From NCBI RefSeq assembly GCF_009834535.1, contig NC_045696.1, positions 89,468,001-89,528,000 of the forward strand: a DNA stretch of 60,000 nt. Reading direction: 5' to 3'. This DNA comes from Camelus ferus (Eukaryota). Every line of letters begins with the position of its first letter. The stretch's first letter is position 1. Positions 50,990 to 60,000 of the stretch are shown here, piece by piece. A model generated the notes under the pieces. That model had not been told where the DNA came from, ran no database searches, and saw only the letters and a program-made list of their open reading frames with translations. A program made the position numbers and the translations under genes.

Positions 50990-51230
50990 TGTAGTAGGAG
51001 ACAGTGGGCTCCAGAAGATGGTCAGGGGTCTTGGCTTCAGACATAGGAGCACTTTCTGGATTTGCCACTTAACTTGTGACCTTGGTAAGTGATTTAACCC
51101 CTTATTAGCTCCAGTTTCTTTAACTATAAATTGAAATCTCGTACAGTATTTGCAAAAAAAAAAAAAAAAAAAAAAAAAATCAAATGAGCTAATATGTGCA
51201 ATGTGCCAAGCATATAAATAGGTACTGTAA
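50990..51230 (+). mobile_element. MIR SINE containing a long poly-A run
   Basis: ttgccacttaacttgtgaccttgg...cagtttctttaactataaa; A-run at about 51154-51179. Confidence 0.65.
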
Positions 51231-51371
51231 TAACAAAGGCTTCTTTTTGTTTGTTCTTTAGTTTTTTATTTGTTATAAATGAAAGTCTATGGAGTTTAGG
51301 CCAGTAGAACTGTGTCTATAACCCTCTTGGGACTTGTTACTTAAGACTCAGTTTCTTCAACTGTCAATCAG

Positions 51372-52879
51372 CAAAGGAGGCAAGAACATACAACAGAGAA
51401 AAGACAGTCTCTTCAGCAAATGGTGTGGGGAAAACTGGACACCTGCATGTAAATCACTGAAGTTAGAACACTCCCTCACACCATACACAAAAATAAACTC
51501 AAAATGGCTTAAAGGTTAAATATAAGACAAGACATGATAAACCTCCTAGAAGAAAACATTTTGACATAAATCTTAGCAATGTTCTCTTAGGGCAGTCTAC
51601 CCAGGCAATAAAAATAAGAGCAAAAATAAACAAATGGAACCTAATTAAACTTATAAGCTTTTGCACAGCAAAGGAAACCATAAGCAAAACAAAATGACAA
51701 CCTACAGAATGTGAGAAAATATTTTCAAATGATATAACTGACAAAGGCTTAATTTCCAGAATATATAAACAGCTCATAAAACTTAATAACAACAATAACA
51801 ACAAAAAAACCAAACAACCCAATCCAAAAATGAGCAGAAGACCTAAACAAGCAACTTTCCAATGAAGACATACAAATAGCCAATAGGCACACGAAAAAAT
51901 GTTCAAGATCACTAATTATCAGAGAAATGCAAATCTAAACTACAATAAGGTATCATCTTATACCAATCAGAATGGTCATCATTCAAAAGTCCATGAATGA
52001 GGATATGAAAAAGAACATACGTATGTATATACATGACTGGGACACTGTGCTCTATACCAGAAATTGACATATTGTAACTGATTGTACTTCAATTAAAAAA
52101 AAGAGAAAAGAAAAAGTCCATGAATGATAAATGCTAGAGAGGGTGTGGAGAAAAGGGAATGCTCCAACACTGCTGATGCGAATGTAGCTTGGTGCAGCCA
52201 TTACGGAAAACAGTATGTACATTCCTCAAAAGTCTAAAAATAGACTTACCCTATGATCCAGCAATCCCACTTCTGGGTATATATCTGGAGGGAACTCTGA
52301 TTCGAAAAGATACATGAACCCCTATGTTCATAGCAGCGCTATATACAATAGCCAAGACATGGAAGCAACCTAAATGTCCATCGACAGATGACTGGATAAA
52401 GAAGTTGTGGCATATTTAAACAATGGAATACTACTCAGCCATAAAAAAGAATAAAATAATGCCATTTGCAGCAACATAGAATGACCTAGAGATTGTCATT
52501 CTAAGTGAAATAAGCCAGAAAGAGAAAGAAAAATACCATATGATATCACTCATATGTGGAATCTAAAAAAAAGAAAAGATACTATGAACTCCTCTACAAA
52601 ACAGAAATAGATTCGAAGACATAGTAAATAATCTTATGGTTACCAGGGAAAGGGGGCTGGGAAGGGATAAATTTGGGAGTTTGAGATTTGCAAATGTTAA
52701 CCACTATATATAAAAATAGATTTTAAAAAAAGTTTTTTCTATATAGCACAGGGAACTATATTGAATATCTTGTAATAATCTTTAATGAAAAAGAACATGA
52801 AAATGCATGACTGGGACCTTGTGCTGTATACCAGAAATTGACACACTGTAACCAACTGTACTTCAATTAAAAAAAAAAA
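51372..52879 (+). mobile_element. Relatively young 5'-truncated L1 (ORF2 C-terminus, 3' UTR, poly-A)
   Basis: ORF2-like peptide [13 protein letters not shown]...[13 protein letters not shown], 3' UTR ending ccagaaattgacacactgtaaccaactgtacttcaatt(A)n, and a degenerate TSD aactgtcaatcag/aaatgccagtcag. Confidence 0.93.
52001..52111 (+). mobile_element. Nested short L1 3' end inserted in the L1
   Basis: 16-bp TSD aaaagtccatgaatga at 51985-52000 and 52112-52127; the insert matches the host's own 3' terminus. Confidence 0.9.
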
Positions 52880-54689
52880 TGCCAGTCAGGTTTATAAGAA
52901 CAACGGTGATACTATTAATTGTAACAATAACAATTGTTGGCATGTTTTGTGATTATCAAGTGTCAGGCACTGCATCAAATCTTTTATTTTCATTATTTCA
53001 GTGAAATCTGTTTTTTCTACCTCCTAGAGATGTTTTTAAGGATGTAAATAAAAAATGAGAAAGTGATTATAAGGATACTGTGTATTAAAAGAAATTTATA
53101 AAATTGTAAGATACATACAACTATAGTAGTATTGATCAAATTGATTAGTTCTTTTAGGAAAAATACCTTGATTTTTAGAAAGAAAAAGATTTCAGTCAAA
53201 AATGAGGTACAAAACATATGCTCCTTCCTAAAAACTTGTATTTCATTTAAAAAGTAATCTAAAGCTATATAATGCCAGAGTAGAGGCACCTGTTTACCTA
53301 ACTGCTTACCATAAAAGTGAAAACAAAATATCCATGCAGAATATTTTGATTTTCTTTCTTTTTAACTTTAAGTAGTCCTCATCATTTGATTCAGGAAAAA
53401 GTATCTGACAATTCATAAAAAAAGTATATTATGTACTCATATGTACTACGTGTTAATATATACTTAATACATCTGCATGTACTTTCTTTCTTTATAAATG
53501 TTTGTGTTCTACAATATGTGTTTGTAAGTTGACTAGAATTCAGAAATTTCACCCCTTAGAAAAACATTTACAACTGTAACTTACTTGTTGTACCAGCCAC
53601 TGTCCCCAGCTGACAAGTCTTTCCTATATAAAATCCTTGTGTACACAAACTTACCTTTGTATATAGCTTTGTATAAATGCAACAACATTTTGACCAATTT
53701 TGAGTTACTACTATCGGACATCCTGAGGGACTAAAGGACTCAGTGGGGGAATGAAAAGCGAAGAAAAGTAGATGCCAGAAATAGAGGGTTTTGCAGGGCA
53801 GCTGTGGAAAAGATAAAGGGAGAACCCAGCCCACAAGTGATTACAAACTTAAAATGCTTTAAAAAATGGATTTAAAAATGGACTTAAAAATAAAGGGGAA
53901 TTTTCACATAAAAATCCCATGATGTGCATTTCAGCACCCAGGTGGCCGTGCACAATGCACAACCCTATCTCTGTCCCCTTAGGTTAAGTCTACTCTCTCT
54001 GCACCAGTGGGGGGCCTCCCTTAGTTAGAGACTGGCCCGGCCCGTACTGAAGACATAGGAATTTGCACATATGATTGAAGGTATCTGGGTTTGCACATAC
54101 ACACCTCTGCCTTGTGTGCAAAGGAAGACCATGCAGCTGCAGGTCATGGGCCTGGAGCAACAAAAGAAAGTTCTGGCATGTTCCATTCTCCTTCTGTCAC
54201 TGGGCTCCCCAAGGCCCACCAGTCATTGAAGGCCACACGTAAGAACCGCTGCCATGTAGCCTCGTGGCAGCAATGACTACGGAGGGCTGTGTTCCTCAGA
54301 CCCAGCAGACTCATTGCAAAGTTCACCTTCTAGCACCGGACACCATCTGTGTAACATAAAGCCAATAATGATACTCCACCCCTGAAGGCTTTTGAGTTTG
54401 CGACCCTGGCTTTGAGAAGCTTTGAACTGGCCCCTTTTCTGTATCTGTTAGGGACTGAGGGACAGCTGCAAGAGGGGCTCCTGGAGGAGAACAAGAGACT
54501 GGCTGTTGGGACAGGTGTGCCATTCTCGTGGTCTGAGATGTGCCCTGACCCTGGGCACCAGGAGGTTGGCCTGAGACACACCTGCTCAAGTCTGCTTGAC
54601 CTCCCCTTCTCAAAGTGGGATCGGGGAAGGGGGCATCAACTTGGTCATAAAATCAGAGTGTTACATGTGTTTCATTTGTATTCATTTGT

Positions 54690-55630
54690 GTTATATGCTG
54701 AGTGGAACTCCGTGAGCCTTTGTTCACTACAGTAGCCTAGGCGGTTAGAACAGTACGTGGCACATAATAGATGCTGAATTAATACGTGTGGGATAAGTGA
54801 ATGAATGAAAGCTCCACTTTGTTCTCCCTGGAAGCCTCCTCTTTGCCAGACCAGGCCTCCGCTGTCTCTCATCTAGAAGACCTCCAACACCTCTCAGCTG
54901 AGTTAGACTCCAGGCCTCAGGGTAGCTCCAATCTCTACCTTGAGTTGTCTTTCTAGAATCCAAATCTATGGTATCACTTCTTTGCTTAAAATCCTGCTAT
55001 AGGTTTCTCATTATTTTTCGGATAAAGTCCAATTTTTTTCATTTTTAGAAACAATGTTATTAAGATAGAATTCACATACCATACAAATTTCTCACATACA
55101 GTGAACAATGAATGGTTTTTAGCACATTCACAGAGATGTACAACTATCACTGCAACCTAGGTGTAGAATGTTTTCATCAACCTCAAAGGAAACCCATTAG
55201 TGGTCACTCCCATTCCTCCCACCCTCAAATTTAGGCAATGATCAATATACTTCCTTCCTCTATAGATCTGCCTAAAGTCTAAACTTTTTAATGAGGCCCC
55301 AGCCGATCCGTCCTGCCCTGGCCAGCCTTACTGACCTTCTCTGTGCCCAGCGCTCTCCCGCACACCCTCCTCCCCTCTCCATCAGGCTGGGGGGCAACCC
55401 CCTAACTCACCCATCAGGTCCCAGCCTCCATCTTCATGCGCTCTCACCGCCGCCCTTTATTCCCTCACTGGGCTTACTGTGCTTACTGTGCCCCTCTGTA
55501 GGACGGTCTGTCTGCTGGCCAGTTAACACTGTCAGGCAGTTGGTCTTGTGACCTTGGTCACCTGTGTCCCTGGCACCTGGCTTAAGGAGAGGCTGGCACA
55601 GAGGAGGTAGTGAGACTTCCACTGGATAAA
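54690..55630 (+). mobile_element. L2 fragments interrupted by an antisense L1M 3' end (about 55050-55275)
   Basis: L2 termini gcacataatagatgctgaatt...gaatgaatga; L1 motif taagatagaattcacataccatac. Confidence 0.6.
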
Positions 55631-56124
55631 TATGTTTTCTTCTGTGCCAGGTTTGGCGCCATGCTGTCTGTAACCCTCCATTTTCATGATCTCGAGGGTG
55701 AGAAAGCTGAGCCTCAGAGAGGCTAAGTCACTGGCCCAGGGTGAGGGTTCAGAGTCAGCGGACCCGAGCCTGCTTCCCCGGCGCTGCGCCGTGGGGTGGC
55801 ACCTGGTCTGCTTTTTCCAGGAGAGCAGCCTGGGCAGCACACGTGTGCCTGAGTGCCCTCCACGGGCTTGGCTCGCATCTGTTACCTCAGCAAGAAGGCA
55901 TGCCGGAGGAGATGGAATGTTTGCTGTTACTCAAGGCTGCGAATAAAGCCTCTTTATTAAAGAGTGAAGGAATGTAGGTCAAATGATTGCCCTGCCCAGC
56001 GTCTCCCTCTATTACCCAACCTTTCTCATTGCGTGTATGAGGCCATGAGTGGAAACTAAACGGAAAATTCCAGAAGCTCTGTGACTATCATTAAACACAA
56101 AAGGCTCACAAAGTCAAGGAATGG

Positions 56125-56288
56125 ATTTTTTTAAATTTATTTTATTTTTGTTATTTACTTTTAGGTGAGGGGAGGTAATTTGGTTTATTTACTTACCTAT
56201 TTAATTTTAGAGGGGAACTGGGTATTGAACCTAGGACCTTGTGCATGCTAAGCACATGCTCTAGCACTTGAGATATATCCTACCCCTC
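56125..56288 (-). mobile_element. Camelid tRNA-derived SINE, more diverged copy
   Basis: ggggaggtaatttggttt...gggtattgaacctaggaccttgtgcatgctaagc; TSD aaggaatggat/aaggaaaggat. Confidence 0.85.
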
Positions 56289-56469
56289 AAAGGAAAGGAT
56301 CTTTAAATCACTTTCTGTTTTAGCTCACGATCATTCTAATTCAAAAGTTCAGATTTGTTCATTTGTTAAGAGCCAATCAGGTATAAAAGACTGCACTAGG
56401 CCCCTGGAAAAATAAGTCCTGTTCAACTGTTATGAAAATGGAGTAAATGATGACGATGATAAAGAAAAA

Positions 56470-56680
56470 TAACACACTAATTATGGGTCAGGTACACACA
56501 TCACAAATTAACCCTCTAACAACCCTGAAGTCAGGTACTATTAATACCCCCATTTCATAGATGTAGAAGTCAACTCACAGAGATGTCAAGTAATTTGTTC
56601 AAGGTCACACAGCTAGAAGGGATAGAAAGGATTAGAGCCAGCCCAGCTACCTCCAAAACTTGCTTGATGCCATACCAACT
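56470..56680 (-). mobile_element. MIR SINE
   Basis: aggtactattaatacccccatttcatagatg...aagtaatttgttcaaggtcacacagctag. Confidence 0.75.
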
Positions 56681-58189
56681 TTCTAGTTTGTGTAATATAT
56701 AAATTACACTTTCTAATAGTTAGTTTTACATTTTTCAGAAAACTGTAGCACAGAATTAGTCTAACAACATCTTAATACTAATTTGTATCTTACAAACATG
56801 TTGCCTACAATAAGAAGCTTCACAAAATTGAAATAATGCTTAATTTCTTTTAAGGTAACAGTGGAAGAGAAAAATCCATCAGAAGAATATAAAGGAAAGT
56901 CTTAAGGAATAAGTAGTAGTAAGAGTTCTACATTTTATCTTAAGAGAAATTTAAGGACATCTAATAAAATCAAGTTTTACAATGACATGCTGGATATTGT
57001 CACCAATAGGGGCAAAATAAATATATAGGGTCAAAAGCATGCAGCGACCTTACGACCTTATCAATTCCATGCTGCAGAAATGGGTGGTACATTTGCTTCC
57101 AATCAAGATTTAGAGGAATTAAGAAAATAGCCCTTCAGGTTAATAATTTTGAAGCGTTTAAGGTTGAACAAGTAGATGTGGATCTCCTGAGCAGCAGAAA
57201 TCCAAACACCAGACACAACAGGAGAAGCCAGTTAGTCATGAAAAATGGAAATTGAGTCGTTGGTCGTGTAAGTCCTTGTTCTAACTAAATGACATCATCT
57301 GGAAGAAAAACACTGTGGTGCTTGTCCAGACAGTTCCAGTCATCTCCCTCCCTGACACCCAGTGCATGGTTTTGGTGTTTAGCTCCCTTTCATGATTTCA
57401 TGGCCTTGGTACTCTGTCCGAGTGCTTGTTACGTCACTTTCCATGATCCGTGTAAGGCTTCTTTGTGGAAATACTCTCTGGATCAGCACTTTGCTTTAGT
57501 ACAATGACTCTCAACTCTTTGTATTGCAACTTCTATCCCGAATCTCCTTTACTCTGGTTATCGGTACCTACACGTGTCACACAGAGGGAGGACCGCAGTT
57601 ATGCAGATGGCTTTCTCCCCACTGTGACCTCCAGGTGTCATTGCTCTGTTTACATCTCTGCTTTCCTCCGGGGAATCTGGGGAGGATGAGTGCATGACCA
57701 CTCAACCGTGGCAAGTCTCCTTCGCAAGAAGTAGTTGACTCGCTGGATTTCAACCAGTCACTTTGTGCCAACCCAACGACCCAGAATGCTCTCTGACCGC
57801 CCCCACTTCCTCCCCGACTCGTCCCCACACATACAGACCACCTCTCACTACGGTCTGGTGACTCACCATGCTTTACATGGCTTCTCTTTCTGCCCCCTGA
57901 CTTCTGCTGCTACCCTCTGTCTTAGTCCAGGAATGTTTTTGCTTAGAATCATTACCCGCTGCTTGAATGCACTCCCACCGCACGGTCGCCATCCCCCTGC
58001 ACGCCCCTCTCCTTCCTCCTCTACACTGTGTTCAGAGGGATCTTTCTGAAAATCCAAATCTGACCTGTGGTGGCTCTACCTGAGTGCAAACCCCTCAGAG
58101 GACAAGGAAGACCCTCTATGATGTATTTTCCTCCCACATCTTTGCCTGTGGTTAACCAAACTTTAGTCCTCATAGATGCATATGGTTTG

Positions 58190-58335
58190 CTTCATTTAAA
58201 ATGCAGATTTCCAGGCTCCAACCTCAGTGACTGTGATTCATTGTGCCCAGGAGAGGCCCAGATTCTGCATATCCAGTGCTTGTAATATATATCTGATGCA
58301 GCATAACCCTGGAGAAACACTGCTGCACAGCCAAA
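58190..58335. mobile_element. MER5-like hAT-Charlie element
   Basis: ttaaaatgcagatttccaggctccaacc...ggagaaacactg. Confidence 0.65.
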
Positions 58336-58640
58336 TGGTCCCCAGTGCTGCTTCTCTTCCACGTGCCCATAGTTTCCGTGTGCTGGTCCCTCTACCTGGA
58401 AGGCCTTCTTCCACAGCCTCCTGGCAAATCCAGGAGGATTAATCATTTTTCAAGATCCAGCTGAAGATGCTTTTCTTTTGACCTACTCAAACGAAGTATA
58501 ATCCTTTCTTTGGGCCACCACTGCGGCGAGTGCATACCTTTATCACATTGACTACCCTATACGGAGATGGTATGCGTGAGAGACATCTCGGTTTGGGAGT
58601 CAAATATGTGTTTCAATCCCAGCTCTGCCCCTTTGCCAGC

Positions 58641-59001
58641 TATCTTAGTCCACTTGGGCTGTTGTAACTACCACAGAATGGGTGACTTACGCAACAGACT
58701 TTAATTTTTCGTAATTCTGAGGGCTGGGAAGGCCAAGAGCAAGGTGCCAGAATACTTGGTTCTTCGAAGGGTCCTCTTCTTTACTTTATGCCATATCCTC
58801 ATATGGCAGAGAAAGGAGCTCTGGTTTCTATTTCTCTTCTTATAAGGCATTAATCCCATTATTGGGGCTGTATCGTTATCTAAACCTAATTAGCTACCCC
58901 AAGCCCCACTTCCTAATTGCAAGCATCACATTGGGAGTTGGGGCTTGAATATGTGAATTGGAGGTGGTGGGCGGACGGACACAGACATTTAGGCCATAAC
59001 A
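58641..59001 (-). mobile_element. MLT1A/MST-like LTR nested in a MIR (about 58570-59090)
   Basis: tatcttagtcc...ggctgggaaggccaagagcaaggtgccag...ttaggccataaca; approximate TSD ccagc/gcagc; the MIR resumes on the right. Confidence 0.8.
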
Positions 59002-59764
59002 GCAGCTCTGATATCTCGGATGAGTTACTTAATAACTCAAGTTTCATCTGTAAACAAAGCCAGTAAGAGTACCTACCCCATTCAGTTGTTGGTAACTATC
59101 CCAGGAAGTTATTATTAGTGAGGAAACTGAGGCAGGAGATTGAGTAAATTTCCAAAGATCACACTGCTATTTAAGTGGAAGAGCTGGGAGTAGCCTCCAA
59201 TCCATCTGGCTCATGCCCACATTCTCAACCACTGGAAACCTGTCTTCCCTACAAGGAAATGAACTGGCTAAGGAAGGAACAGAGGTTGTTAGGCTGCCAA
59301 GTGTCTAAGTTTGGTTCTGTCTCACTCAAAGGTCACGAAGCTTTCAGCAGAGAGTGTTTGACAGAAGAATTAGGGCATGGGGCGGGATGAGCTGATGGGC
59401 TTACGGGCCGTGTCCATGTCCCAGCACTACAGAACTACTTACAGCTCCTTAACTGGGCCTTGACCTCTGCCAAAGTCCCTCAGCTCTTCCCACTCTGCGT
59501 CATTTCTTCTGTGTCAGATGTTAAAGCCGTCCCTGGAACCATCAAGTCGGAGTCTCTGTTGGTGGGTGCCAGCCACTGGTTTGCAAGGGGCACCACCCAC
59601 CTTCTGCCCATCATTGCAATAAGCAGCTAGAGTTGAAAACCCCGCCAGGAGTTTCCCCTCCCCCTGGGTAGCTTCCTGCGTTCCATGATCATCTTTTTGG
59701 TGAGACCTATCATTCTATTAGAATCCTCTTTGTTGGCCTCTCATGGGAGTTGTAAATCACTTTT

Positions 59765-59905
59765 ATGTCAAGAGGACCCCTTTGGCACTCTGGTGAAGCC
59801 TGTGGACCCCTTCTCAGAATGATGTTTTTCACATGCATGTAGTGAAAAAAAACCTGGATTACAAGGAAATCAATTATACTGAAATACAAATACATGGACC
59901 ACTAG
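59765..59905. mobile_element. hAT-Charlie-like fragment
   Basis: ggacccctttggcactctggtgaagcctgtggaccccttctcagaat motif. Confidence 0.6.
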
Positions 59906-60000
59906 GGTGAGTTCTTTGACCCTGACCCTGAGGTCAGGAATCCAGTCTTCTTGTGTCAAGGGGCCAAACACACACTTGGGACTCACTAAATGCTCACTGG

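Larger units (their letters stand above)
1..60000 (-). other. SCHIP1: Intronic interval of the IQCJ-SCHIP1/SCHIP1 locus
   Basis: Inference from the alternative first exon and the recalled mammalian gene layout, in which this exon lies inside a roughly 100-kb intron of the long isoforms. No other SCHIP1 exon was recognised. Confidence 0.7.

Noticed and set aside
51334..51912. ORFs resembling reverse-transcriptase protein C-terminal sequence
   Set aside because: They are decayed L1 ORF2 and its antisense frame, with stops and frameshifts.
1..60000. CRISPR array, operon or other prokaryotic/viral system
   Set aside because: The window is mammalian intronic DNA with no long ORFs, regular repeat-spacer arrays or intact viral genes.

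Overview
Mammalian genomic DNA, most likely from a camelid: it carries several young tRNA-derived SINEs of the vic-1 type and artiodactyl-type L1 3' ends. The window appears to lie inside the large intron of the IQCJ-SCHIP1/SCHIP1 locus, which is on the minus strand. The only coding sequence I can support is a 30-nt alternative first coding exon (20887-20858, MVHQENCSYQ followed by a GTAAGA donor), recognised from memory as the N-terminus of the short SCHIP1 isoform. It sits below a small CpG-rich promoter with CCAAT and TATA-like elements. Much of the rest is transposon remnants (L1, L2, MIR, MLT1/MER21/LTR16 LTRs, hAT and Tigger DNA elements), microsatellites and repeat-poor unique blocks. 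Apart from that exon and L1 remnants, the ORF-track ORFs look spurious. I see no convincing new biological system. The best leads are: stacked uORFs in front of the SCHIP1 ATG; a candidate in-frame 147-nt cassette exon at 53655-53801; an intronic CpG island overlapping an old LTR, with a downstream antisense splice donor; and an mRNA-3'UTR-like insert inside an L1. Repeat family names come from recall of consensus sequences and most repeat boundaries are approximate.
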